A stretch of 63,779 nt of DNA, counting the filler, from Folioceros fuciformis (taxonomy: Eukaryota): the NCBI GenBank assembly GCA_049999805.1. It is 5 parts of 4 records of this genome, joined end to end, with 100 filler letters (N's around TTAATTAATTAA, not from the genome) between each part and the next. Parts side by side here need not be neighbours in the genome. Positions count along the whole stretch, not along the records: positions 19,677 to 48,644 come from JBNGIO010006356.1; 4 more parts are not named here. The stretch is one strand, 5' to 3'. Below, piece by piece: positions 23,857 to 36,069 of the stretch. How positions within the stretch are numbered: the stretch's first letter is position 1; each line of letters opens with the position of its first letter. Position numbers and translations under genes: made by a program. Under the pieces are notes generated by a model, which did not search any database, was not told the DNA's origin, and worked only from the letters and a program-made list of their open reading frames with translations.

Positions 23857-26800
23857 TGAAGAAATAGTTAAATAAGATTTTATAGTTTTATGAATAGTTA
23901 AAACAGACTAAGAAACTTGTGTATAAATGCTTTCATTTTCTGCTCAGTCAATAACCGTTTTTGTCTTTCGTGTGCTCATGTCTTCGCTTGCTATTGCTCG
24001 TGCACTTCTGATCCACGATCGCTTTATGGTATCAGAGCTGTAGGTAATCTATACGAGCATCCATGTGCGACAAGGCACGATGCCTAAGAGAGGATAGCCT
24101 CATAGGTGTCTAGGAGGAAGGTCTACATAGACACAGGGATTTCCTTCCCCGCAGTGACGGGTTTCATCTACTCGAGTTGCCAGGCGAACGACAACACATC
24201 TGCTTTCCGGCAACCCGCTTTGCAACACGCAGCCTGCCCTAACAGCTCAAGGCGCAGCGTGAGCCCATCATCCTTCTCTTGCAGACATGCATCAATAATT
24301 CCTCCAGTTGTTCCTGCATCGCAATTCAGGCGGTGCCTGGACAAACAGGCTAAGGAAATTGAAGCCCTCATTGGTTGCGCCAAAATTCGTGATTTGCTGG
24401 ATTTGGTTGATTTACTGCCGGCATCACTTAGCTTTATCTCAGATGCCAAACCCATCAGAATGCTTTGCACATCTAGCCTGTAGAATTCCAAAGGTCGGGC
24501 CGAAACCGTGGCCCAAAGGAACTTCGCACTTGTACGGACGTGTAGTGAGGCTCCCACATGTCGCGAGAGCGCGACTCGTCACTGACTTGCATTTGAGCTT
24601 TGCTGTGATGCCGCCTAGGAGACAGCAGGCGCCTCCTTCTGATGACGAAATTGACATAGATGCTGGTGGCATCGTTCATCCAAATCCAGACATTGATTCA
24701 CATCCTGTTGTTGAAGAACGGTTCAGGCGCCCTCAAGAGCCCACTGCTGGGAATCGCGATGGCAGACGACGAGAAGGTGTAGGCGTTCCCCCTCGTCACC
24801 AGCAGCCTGAGCAGGAGATTGATCTCAAGCAAACTACACAGCAGTCTGGTACTGCTACCTCGACGATCACAAATTCTGCAGCGATGACGTCCTCATCAAC
24901 GGGGGCATCCTCATCACCCATGGCGGCTCTTCCTCACTCAGCCCTGAAGATCGAATTCAAGGACAAGGATCATTTCAACAAAAACGATTACAACTCTTGG
25001 TCAATGAGATTGAGTAGATTCTGAAGGAAATGAGCTAATGATAGTTGTCGATGGGAGTGAGGTTTGCCCTGCTGTACAGCCAGCTAACGCAACGGCCGTT
25101 GCAGCAACTAATGCTGCAGACATCCTCACCTAGAAGGGCTCATTCCATCCTCATAGCGTTCTTGGATAGAAACATGTTGCCCCACACCTTGGGTGTTGAC
25201 ACCTCTGCAGCTGTGTGGATAGTTTTAGTCAAATTTATAAGGACAAGAGCAGTGCATCTCAGGTATTTGCACACAAGGATTTTTATGTCATGAGGATGAA
25301 GGATAACGAATCTGTGGAGTCCTACATTAATCGTTTCCAGACAGCATGTGCTACTTTGGCTTATTGTGGCACAATCCTTACTGAGGAACAAGCTGGAACA
25401 AGTCTACTTGCATCCTTACCTGAAGGCTACAGTCATTTCATGAGTTCCCAATTTGCCAGATCCTCAGCTACAACCGTAGGAGGATTCCCGACCCTAACTC
25501 TAGAAGAATTATTTGGTGCTTTGTTGGTAGAGGAACGTACTAAGAGTATTCACAAAAGCAAATAAGGTGCACACCAACATTCCAGAGTTCTCTTTTCTGG
25601 CCGAGGCAAAGGGAGTTTCCGTGGACAAGGCCGTGGTGGACAAGGACGAGGTGGCTATCCAATAGCCAAGCAACCCAACCTCCAAAGGAAGACCTTTACA
25701 TATAACTGGTGTAAGGTTCCAGGCCATTATGAGAGGGATTGTAGAAAGAAGCGTGCTGGTGAACCACGCAAGGAAGGCAATCTACCAGAATCAAATTTGG
25801 CTACAACCAAGCCACCTATAACTGCTAATTCCCCTTCCATCCTAGCTGTATGTTTGGTGTCAATCCAAATATAGTTTGATATGTGGTTTTTAGATTCGGG
25901 GGCCACCAGCCATATCTGCTTTGATAGGCATGCTTTTCGTGATTTTGTGCCTTCTTCTGATAACCACTACTTCGTTTTGTTAGGAGACAATAGTGGTCTT
26001 TTCATTAAGGGCTCGAGTTCAATCACGATTGAGATACCTAATTCAGACATCATGATTCTTATAGGTGTACTTTTTGTCCCAACCATGACTAAAAACTTAA
26101 TGTCTGTCATTAAACTAGCCGAGGAACACTCTTGTAGGATTTGCTTTGACCATACAGGCTGTTCCATCTCTAGCATACCCAGTTGCGATGAAATTTTCTC
26201 TGGCACTCTTTATAATGACTTGTATCTCTTGAATGTAAGAACCCTGCCACAACAGAGCACTGTTCAGGTCAGTCAACCTACATCTCTCTCCCCTACTCAA
26301 CTTTGGCAGTGCCGACTAGGGCATGTTAATTTTCAGCGCCTTTCTCTGTTAGTGAACAACACATCCTTTTGAGATTCCTTGTCTTTTCCCTTTGACAACC
26401 AGGCATTTTTTGACTCGTGTCAAGTAAGTAAAGCCATCTCCCAGCCATTTAGAGATCAAAATCTGTCTAGAGCTCCTAGTCTCCTTCATACAGTCCATAG
26501 TGACCTTTGTGGACCCATGTCCACAGCATCATTTGGTGGTGCCCATTACTTTCTAACATTTATTGATAGGTGGAGCCGCTACTGTATAGTTTATGTGCTC
26601 CACAGCAAAAGTGATACTTTCAGTTGTTTTCAAGATTTTGTCACCAAGGCACAGAGGCAGATAGGCTGTAAGCTCAAGATTTTCCGATCTGATAATGGTG
26701 GAGAATACACTAGTAATGCTTTTTCGGATTTTTGTTCTTTAGAGGGAGTGATCCATCAGTTCTCTGTGCCATATACCCCGGCACAAAATGCCTTTGCTGA

Positions 26801-29800
26801 ACGAAATATGACTCTTTAGGAAGCCACACTTTCTAGCTTATCTTTCGTTGGTTTAACTCGTGGCTATTGGGCTAAGGCACTTGTTGCTGCGAATTATGTT
26901 CAGAACTGACTCCCTACGAAGGAACTTGGTCTCATCACCCCCTATGAACGATGGACAGGCAAGAAGCCTCGCATCACTCATTTGCGGATTTTTGGCAGCC
27001 TGGCATATGCCCTTGTTCCTTCTCAATTTCGCAGCAAGCTGGACCCCAAAGCTGCAAGGCATATTTTCGTTGGTTATGCTGAAGATGTGAAGGGCTATAA
27101 GCTATTTGATCCCAGCACAAGGCAGCTGTCATATTCTCGCAGCATCATCTTTCATGAGCATGCTTTGTTGAGAAGATATGACATTTTGCTTTCTCCCTCT
27201 TCTGCACGTCTACCAACCACAATTCATGGTGTAGATGATGACATGGATTATGCTGCTGACACGGACACTGATGTTTCCACCTTTGATTTGAAGATTCAGC
27301 TGTAGGCTCAACTCCTTCAGCTTCACGGGGGCCCCACATGCAGTCACAGTCATCACCTTCTGAATCAGATGAGTTGGTCTTATCTCCCATTGCTGCACCT
27401 GTTCCTGTTGTTGAACTTGTAGCAGTTGACTCCTAAGTCACTCTTGAGCCTACTCTCGCTGAACCTTCAGCTGATGATGAAAATGAAACCTATGTTGCAC
27501 CTCCTTTCAGTGCTACCTCCGAACCGGCAATTGTAGCGGAACCCGTTCCATCTGTAGAAGTTGCTCCTAATCCTGCAAAAGATGTTCCCCTTAGATGTTC
27601 CTTTCGTCTTCGTAGACCTATGCATGAGTGGTTTGACCCTTCTTTCCAAGTTGGCCTTGTTGTGTTGGACTCTAATTTTGCAACTGCTCTTAGTGTAATA
27701 AACTTGCAAGAGCGTGACCATGAGGCATGACCTAAAAAACGCAAGGAGCACACACAAGAAAGTTCATATCAAGAAGAAAGGTGTTAAAATACAGAAAGAG
27801 TTTTGTAACCGTTTTAGTGAACAAACCCTAATTCAAACTTAAACCAATAACGGTTCATAGCTGGATGGGTAGCTAGTTAGGGCTGCTATGATATATAATA
27901 ATAATATATCTTAATATAGTGCCTCCTCCTCCTTAGGTGAACCTACCACATTCAAGGAGGACATTGAGGGTCCAGAATCCATGTTTTGGAAGGCTACCAT
28001 AGACTCTGAATATAATTCTCTTATATCTAATGGTACTTGGAAGCTTGTGAACTTGCCCTAGGGTCGCAAACCTATCTCATGTAAGTGAGTATTTAAGAAG
28101 AAGCTTAACAGATGGTAGCGTGGGCCGATATAAGGCAAGGCTTGTTGCCAAAGGATACAGCCAAGTTGCTGGTTTGGATTACAATGAGACGTTTGCTCCT
28201 GTGGTAAAATCTACTTCTGTAGGATCTTACTATCTTTGGCAGCACATTATGGACTACATGTCCACCAGCTCGACGTGAAGACGGCTTTTCTCAACGGCTC
28301 ACTTAAAGAGGAAATTTATATGCAGCAGCCAGAAGGCTATCAAGTAGATAAGGATAAATTGTGTTTGCTACTTAAAACAAAGTGTGTTTGCTACTTAAAA
28401 CACTTCATGGCCTCAAGCAATTCAGTAGAGCCTGGAATGAAACATTTCATTCTTTACTAATTGAGTTAGGATTCATCTGTTTAGATGCTGATAGTAGTGT
28501 CTATATACTTTGGGATGGAGAGGCTGATAGTAGTGTCTATATACTTTGGGATGGAGAGGATTTCCTAATATTGTCAGTTTACGTTGATGATAACTTCCTT
28601 TTTAGTACATCTTTGGTTTTGATGGCTAGAATTAATACTGTCTTGATGTCTCGTTTTGACATGATAGATTTAGGTGAGTTATGTTTTTCTTTAAGAGTTC
28701 AGTTTCAGTTCTCTTCTAATAGGCACACTGTGGAAATCCACTAGGAACATTTTGTTCACTAGTTGTTATAGCGTTTCCATATGTCAGATGCGCGTCCAGT
28801 CTCGACTCCAATGTCTACAGGTGAGAAGTTGTCAAAGGAGCCATGCCCGATAACACAAGAGGAGAAGGACTTGATGTCCACACGCCCTTACAGGCAAGCA
28901 ATCGGGAGTCTCATCTATTTAGCAGCCTGAACGAGGTTGGACATTGCGAGGGCTGTTAGTAATGTTTCACAGTTCCTCGAGAATCCCAGTGAAGCTCACT
29001 GGAAAGCTGTGAAACGGATCTTCCGTTATTTGAAGGGCACTCCGAGACTAGGGCTCAAGTATACGAAGCAGGCTAGAGGCTTGATCCTCACATCTTACTG
29101 TGATGCAAACTGGGCTGGGGACCTAGACTCTAGGAGAAGCATAGCATATTGCAATTTATTAGGAGGCTCCGTGGTTTTGTGGTCCAGCAAAAAGTTAACT
29201 ACCATTTGTTTATCTTCGACTGAAGCTGAGTATGGAGCTTTGTCTCAAGCTACCCGTGAGGTGATCTGGATACGTTCCTTCCTTAGAGGTCTCCAACAGC
29301 TACTAGCACGAGCTACAAGGGTATGGTGTGATAACCAATGAGCCATAGCCTTATCCAAGAATCTTGTCTTCCATGCTCGCTCAAAGCACATTGAGATCAC
29401 TCATCATTTTATTAGGCAAGCATCGGATACAAGTGAGGTGGAGGTAAAATATATCCCTACTGGTGATAATATAGCAAATTTGCTTACCAAAGTTTCACCC
29501 AAGCCCTTGCATTCTAAGCATACATCAGGACTATGTCTGATCATGCTTTCTCAAATGTTAGGTATAGCACATTAGGCTACTAGCCCTTACTGTATGCCTA
29601 GATCTCTATGTGATATACTCTCACCTTGAATTTTGTTTTTAGTGTCTACAACAGCTGGTCCGTTTTTAGTTTATTAACCAACCATGTAGAATCAAGTCAA
29701 GGTAAGTGGATCTTTTGTAGGCATGTTGAAATGTGTAAGGGTAGAGGAGAGCAGAGTGGATGAAGCTATAACTCCCAGGTAAGCGCCTGTTCTTTCTCAT

Positions 29801-30353
29801 CAAGGCCGTGATACTTTCTTTTCATGTTTTGTACCTGTAGAGGTAGCACTATCACCGTCAGGTATTTTGTTAGGATTCCTCATGAGTATGGTCTACTCCT
29901 CTTAGGTCATATGCTACTGTACCTCGCGTCTTGGGCATGACCCTTAGCATTACAAGTTGACATTTGCACTTAAGCTTGCTGTTCGGTCATTTTGGGTACG
30001 ACGATGTTTGTTAGTGGGTGCTGATATAAAGAGCTGTGAAATATTCATTGTGGTGTGAAATATCCATTGTGGAGGAGTGTACTTGGCAGTAAGAATCTAC
30101 ATGCAACTCAATGGCTAGATTCATAGAAGACAGACAGTAAACCAGGCAAGCAAGAGGACCTATTCATTGCAACTAAGAGGGAGTGAAGAAATAGTTAAAT
30201 AAGATTTTATAGTTTTATGAACAGTTAAAACAAACTAAGAAACTTGTGTATAAATGCTTTCATTTTCTGCTGAATTGATAACCGTTTTTGTCTTTCGTGC
30301 GGTCATGTCTTTGCTCGCACCTGCTCGTGCACTTCTGATCCACGATCGCTTTA
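23857..30353 (+). mobile_element. Full-length degenerate Ty1/copia element C with 170-bp LTRs and TACAT target-site duplication
   Basis: LTRs 23857-24026 and 30184-30353 (~13 mismatches by eye); PBS at 24027; PPT AAGAGGGAG before 30184; TSD at 23852-23856 and 30354-30358; gag, WFLDSGAT, VHSDLCGP, YVDD and RNase H motifs, with many stops and frameshifts. Confidence 0.95.
27728..27916 (-). mobile_element. ~190-bp AT-rich insertion within copia C pol, possible solo LTR in reverse orientation
   Basis: Interrupts the integrase-RT linker just before GEPTTFKE; minus strand reads TATTAAG...GGTCA; no clean TSD. Confidence 0.5.
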
Positions 30354-31563
30354 TACATATGACATGCAAGTGAATGGATGAGCTAAAGGTTGGTCATGTG
30401 CAATTCACTATCAATATGATGAAAGTCATAGTGTATCCCTTACATAAGTGGAGCCCTTATTTCTCTGACCACTACAAGTGTTCAAAACTAACTACACGGT
30501 TCAATTGAATGTACTATACATGCCCAAACTATTGCACCGCATCCACTTAAGCTTTAAAAATTGTTATGCCCCTGTTGTTATCCTATATGTAAACAACAAC
30601 CATGGGTTGACCCATCTAGTGTCTTGTGATCATGGAAGTAGATATGGTACCTCATAGTTCTAATGGAAACGCCTACGCACAACATAGGAATGCTTCGTCA
30701 TTCAAAAATTTAGTGTTTAGGATGCCATGTTTACGGCGCAGCTAATACCATTTCTAGTCTGCTCAGCGTGTCTCTTTCCAAGCCTGCATGCAGCTAGTAG
30801 TATCTTGTCATCCTTGCAACGTTTTTTCCAAGACTGCATCCAGCTCCTACGTGGCTTCCTTGCAGCTCTTTTTCCGTGCACGGAGCTAGTTTCTACCCTT
30901 CTTTGGACTAGTATCTGCCTTCCATAAAGCATTTCCTTTAACGGTTGTTTGATATGCGAGGCCTTGCCCGACCCCTTGTTCATCTTCTCTAGCTACTCTG
31001 GCACGATCATTCCTCTCCGAACGCTGAAGACCTTTCCACTCTTCATCTACCTGGGCACCACCATCCCTCTCAATGAGATGGCTCCGGACAGGCTATTTTC
31101 AGGAGAGCTTTGCCAGGCTTCAAGGATGCTGGCGTGCGTCTTATCACGGCCAGTCTTATCACCCTCACTTTCGGAGTTCTGGAGCAGATCAGTTCCCCAT
31201 GTCAAGCCTGTGCCTGGGCATCCTTGCCTTCGTCGCAGTGGACCAACTGCACTGGGTCGAACCTCTTGTGGTGATTGTGGCGTTTCCTGGGAATGGTTGC
31301 CTGAAAAATTTGCATGCAATGACAGCTTTAAACGATATCAGATGAGGTCTCAGAGTGACAGTCGAATCCTCGTTGCGGAGTTGGCATTCTGGAGCATCAT
31401 CACATGTCAGCAGAAGACGGGTGTCTTCAACAGTCTATTGTTGGGCTCCAAAATCTCGTACGCCCACCAAGATGGCTTACCTTCCCCCCGCACGTTCCCT
31501 GGGGTCCAAACCATGACACTGGCTTAAAAGAATCAACGTTCTCGAAAGCCACCAAGACGAGAG

Positions 31564-34236
31564 ATGCACCACATCTATGAGAAAGCCACTGCGTGTAACA
31601 GACTATCGGGCTGGAGACGGATCTTCCAGCGGGGCTCGTCGCTACGTTCTGATTCCAAGGGCATGCCGGATGATACGAACCCTCGTGTGCGTGCAGGATA
31701 CGAAGGAACCGTGACGGCTGAAACTGTGAGCGAACTATGTGATGCCGGAAGTCTCACCAAGGCTGTTGAGGCTTTGGGTGTCCTGGTGGAGACCGGCGGT
31801 TCTATTCTTAAGTCCCTCTTTTATGATGTCCTGAAGAAATGTGTAGCCCAGAAAGATCTTGCTCTGGGTCGCCGCGTCCATGCTTTTACGGTGCAGAAAG
31901 GGTACCAGTCAGACAAGTTCCTTTGCAATCACCTTCTGCGAATGTATGCTGCTCATGGCAGGTTGCAAGACGCGATGGACGTATTCACCAGGGTCACCAC
32001 ACCGGATGCCTTCATGTGGTCTTCCATGATTTCTGCACGTGTAAAGCATGGACAAGCCAAGCAGGCCATCCAACTGTACCATAGGATGCGTAAGTCAAAT
32101 GTTAAGCCGGATGGCCATGTATTTGTGGCAGCCCTTCAGGCTTGTGCAAGGGAAGCAGACCTGAAAGCTGGGCAGCAGGTGCATGCTGATGTCTTGGCCA
32201 GTGGGCTGGATCCTGATGTGTTTGTTTGTAATTGCTTGGTGGACATGTATGCAAAGTGTGGTAGCTTGGAAGACGCCCGAAGAGTGTTTCACGGCTTCAG
32301 TGGAAAAAATGTAGTGACATGGACTGCCATGATAGCAGCGTATTCCCAGCAGGGAATGGGGCAGGAAGCCCTTGGTCTGTACATTGCCATGCTAGAAGAA
32401 GGTATGGTCGTACCCGACTCTGTGACATTTGTGTGCCTCCTGCAGGCATGTGCAAGTGTAGGTGCGCCAGCGTTGGAATCGGGAAGATGTCTTCATACAC
32501 AAATTACAGAACGAGGACCCATAGGTGATTTGTTTGTAGCAAACAGCTTGGTAAACATGTATTCGAAGTGTGGGAGCTTGGAAGATGCTCGAAGAGTATT
32601 TGAAGGACTCGATCAAAAAGATGTCGTGACATGGAATGCCATGATAGCAGGGTATTCACAGCAGGGCATGGGGGAGGAAGCCCTTCATCTCTACCGTGCT
32701 ATGCAAGAGTGTGGTCTCGCTGCAGCTGATTCCGTGACATTTCAGTCCCTACTACAGGCATGCGCAAGTGTGGGTGCTCCAGCTTTGGAGACAGCGAAGC
32801 AGCTTCATGCACAGGTCAGAGAGCAAGGACATCAAGCTGATCTGTTTGTAGCCAATAGTTTGGTAAACATGTACACAAAGTGTGAGAGCATAGAGGATGC
32901 TGAGAAAGTGTTTAACGAACTCGTTCAGAAAGATGTGGTGACATGGAATGGCATGATAGCGGGGTATGTCCAGCAGGGCATGGGGCAGGAAGCTCTTAAC
33001 CTTTACAGTGCGATGCAAGAAGAAGGCATATCTGTACCCGACTCTGTGACATTTATCCGCCTCCTGCAGGCATGTGCAATTGTGGGCACCCCAGCTCTGG
33101 AGAAGGGGAAGCAGTTCCATACGCAAGTCAGGCAACGGGGACATGAAGTCGATCTGTTTGTTGCCAACAATTTGGTGAACATGTATGCAAAGTGTGGCAG
33201 CCTCGAGGATGCGCAGACTGTGTTTGACGGCATTGCTCAGAAGGATGTGGTAACATGGAATGCCATGATAGCAGGGTATTCTCAACAGGGCAAGGGTCTG
33301 GAAGCCCTTCGTCTTTATACAGCTATGCAAGAAAATGCCATGGCTATACCTGACTCCACCACATTTGTGTGCCTCCTGCAGGCATGTGCAGATGTGGCAG
33401 CTTTGCATCTGGGAAGGAAGCTACATGCACAGATTGAAGAGCAAGGGCTTGCTGGTGCTCTGTTTATAGCCCAGAGTCTTATAAACATGTATGGAAAGTC
33501 TGGCAGCATGGTTGATGCACAGCAGGTGTTTGATACATTACCTGAAAGAAACCTTGTCGCCTGGAACACACTGATCGCTGGGCACAGCCGCCAAGGCAGC
33601 GAGGTAGTCTTTGATATGATTGTCAAAATGAGCGAGGATGGTATACAACCAGATGGCCTCACATTCCTTGGTATACTAATGGTATGCAGTCATAAAGGTC
33701 TCGAGGAGAAGGGACAAGAATACTTCGAGGATATGAGGAGACTCTACAGGATCACCCCCACTGTAGAGCACTACACATGCATGGTGGATCTCCTTGGCCG
33801 TGCAGGCCGGCTGGATGAGGCACTAGCTTTGGTGAGGAGAATACCTGTAATGCTTGACGTTGCAGTTTGGCACACTCTGTTGGGTGCTTGTCAAAAATGG
33901 GGCAATGTGGAGGTAGGACGCCATGCTTTCGACCAAGCTGTGAAGCTAAACAAGAAAGATGCATCAGCATATGTGTTGATGTTGAACATATACAAGGGTG
34001 CCCAGATGTGGGATCTGGCACACGAGATGAAGTCAAGAAGGGTACAAATCAGGGCATGGAAGGATCCGGGCCAGAGCTGGTGGACAGATACAGGTGGGCT
34101 AGTGCACATTTTCGTTGCCGGACACACGAGGCATCTCAAAAGTCAAGCCAGGCTGAAACAGATACTTGCCAAAATGGAGAACAATGGGTGCGTGCCACAT
34201 GTGCCCTTGGCACCGGCAGGCTTATCTCATGGATGA
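31564..34236 (+). CDS. PLS-class PPR protein with E1/E2 and WW-type PG box, DYW deaminase truncated
   Basis: 890-aa intronless ORF with repeated P-L-S triplets (NSLVNMYxKCGSLEDA / DVVTWNAMIAGY / PDSVTFVCLLQAC), HYTCMVDLLGRAG, and DPGQSWWTD..VHIFVAG. Confidence 0.95.
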   Translation: MHHIYEKATACNRLSGWRRIFQRGSSLRSDSKGMPDDTNPRVRAGYEGTVTAETVSELCDAGSLTKAVEALGVLVETGGSILKSLFYDVLKKCVAQKDLALGRRVHAFTVQKGYQSDKFLCNHLLRMYAAHGRLQDAMDVFTRVTTPDAFMWSSMISARVKHGQAKQAIQLYHRMRKSNVKPDGHVFVAALQACAREADLKAGQQVHADVLASGLDPDVFVCNCLVDMYAKCGSLEDARRVFHGFSGKNVVTWTAMIAAYSQQGMGQEALGLYIAMLEEGMVVPDSVTFVCLLQACASVGAPALESGRCLHTQITERGPIGDLFVANSLVNMYSKCGSLEDARRVFEGLDQKDVVTWNAMIAGYSQQGMGEEALHLYRAMQECGLAAADSVTFQSLLQACASVGAPALETAKQLHAQVREQGHQADLFVANSLVNMYTKCESIEDAEKVFNELVQKDVVTWNGMIAGYVQQGMGQEALNLYSAMQEEGISVPDSVTFIRLLQACAIVGTPALEKGKQFHTQVRQRGHEVDLFVANNLVNMYAKCGSLEDAQTVFDGIAQKDVVTWNAMIAGYSQQGKGLEALRLYTAMQENAMAIPDSTTFVCLLQACADVAALHLGRKLHAQIEEQGLAGALFIAQSLINMYGKSGSMVDAQQVFDTLPERNLVAWNTLIAGHSRQGSEVVFDMIVKMSEDGIQPDGLTFLGILMVCSHKGLEEKGQEYFEDMRRLYRITPTVEHYTCMVDLLGRAGRLDEALALVRRIPVMLDVAVWHTLLGACQKWGNVEVGRHAFDQAVKLNKKDASAYVLMLNIYKGAQMWDLAHEMKSRRVQIRAWKDPGQSWWTDTGGLVHIFVAGHTRHLKSQARLKQILAKMENNGCVPHVPLAPAGLSHG

Positions 34237-34814
34237 AATCATTTGCGTGGGCACGGCGTAATGCAACTATTTACCGTCATCGAAGCATTGCGATCATATG
34301 ATGGATCGTTGGTTATTTGACGGCCCGTCAGAGGATCCAACGTAGCAGGACAAGTGGCCTGTTCACATATCGCGTACTATCTTTTCCTGATCAAATCGCG
34401 ATTTATTTCTGAAAGGGAAGAGTTGTGACCTGAAGTTGGATCGCTCCATCACCTACAAAGGTGTAGCGAAGGATCGATAATTTGAGAGTGAAGAGATTCC
34501 CGTCTGGAATGTTTGCTTTCTCCAGAGAAAAAACCAAACCAACAGAGCTACTTTGCTCAATTAGAAGTTGATGCCGTTACAAATTGGGCTCTAGACCACT
34601 CAAATTTGACTCGCAGCAGAGGACAGGAACACCAGAAGACCGCTGGATCAAAAGGGTGCTTGTTCTCCGGATTCCCCTTCAACAACAATTGCTCCTTCAT
34701 GCGGGCCGCGGGCTCGCTGTTTGCAGAAATCCAAATCAGTTGTCGCCGCCAGAAAGATGCATATCAGGCTTGATGGCAATCTGGTGGCTTTACAATTTAT
34801 ACTGCAACTTGTCT

Positions 34815-35821
34815 TCATTCAGGCTTCTTACGAGGCTCATCAAGGTCCGAAACATATGGCTCTCGTCCCTTCTGTCACAAGCCAAGATTTTCAGGCTCTA
34901 CAATCGACGGCAAGCGTGTATATCTCACTAGAAACGAGATACATACCTGACCGTTGGGTCTGTCACTGACTCCACCGCGGGTGTATGTTGTCAAAGGGTC
35001 CATATAGTTAGCATCGTAAGTCTTCAGGGGATCCCTGGCAAGACCAGCTCCATCGTTTGGGGGTGCTTTGGAAACATCGGGAGGGTTGTTGATGACAACA
35101 CTGCCACCTAGAAGACCTCCGACGAAAAGGAAGGCCAATCCAGCCAGGAAGGGGAAACGCACAACCACGGGATCCAAGCCCAACTGGCCGAAAATTCCCT
35201 TCCCAGTAAGCACCTCCATCACTATGGCGGCCTGCAAAAAGCAACAGTGTCATTCCACCACTGAATCCTAACTCCAGGCGGATCAAGCCATCAAAAATCA
35301 CAAGGCTGCAGGACACACACCCTTCTCCTCACTCACCACAAAGCCGACCATGGCCAAGCGCCCCACTTGCCGCTCCTGCTTCCTGCCAAACCCGAACCAC
35401 GTCCCGGGTCCTCCCAACCCAAAACCAGCGGGCTCGCCATCACCTCCAGCTGATGCCTGCACTGCACGCCCACCAGTCCCTCAGATCCCCTACTCACCTC
35501 CCAATCCATTCCACGCCCAACGCCCATCAAGCAACTCCACTCACCGGCAATCTGCAACTTCCTGCTTCCCCGCAGCTTCCCATTGGCACTGGCATTGGAG
35601 GACACCCGCAGAGGCAGGATCAGCTTCAGCCCATTGTACGCATTGCCCATGCCCGCAGTGCTGCCATCCGTGGATGCCAAGCTCCTCACGATAAGGCAGC
35701 TGGAATCTAGAGCCTGCACAGCCCAAACCCTCCTGCTCCCCTGCTTGCTAGTACGAATGTCGAGGCTGAAGCTGCCGACCGACGCAGCCACATCCGACAC
35801 CAGCCCTGAGCATCGCGCCAT
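34815..35821 (-). CDS. Two-helix LHC-like (SEP/PsbS-related) thylakoid protein, 4 exons
   Basis: Transit peptide (exon 35821-35545), FGFGRKQERQVGRLAMVGFV, then AAIVMEVLTGKGIFGQLGL and a second hydrophobic helix; last exon 34871-34815. Confidence 0.8.
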
Positions 35822-36069
35822 GTCGTTGGATTCGATCTGTCACCTTACCAAGGTCTGGGGCACTTGTTGGCAGGAATCCCAGCACCCCGCTTATCACCTG
35901 TGTGTGGTCAGCATCTGGTGCAGAGGTGGCGCAGGCCAGAGCCCGCCACCTGGTGCTTGTCATCTAACTAACCCGCTCTCTGAGTGGTTACACCTGCCAT
36001 ACTGGGCGCTGTCCGACTTGTCTTCTCGGTGTGCCATGTCACCCCCCGCTATACAGCTGCGCGCGCGGG

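Noticed and set aside
29575-30183. Possible antisense gene in the 3' region of copia C, by analogy with B
   Set aside because: Only short stop-interrupted frames with no visible similarity to the B product.
31525-31527. U-to-C editing rescue of the TAA upstream of the PPR
   Set aside because: Such editing is established only for organellar transcripts; this locus is nuclear.
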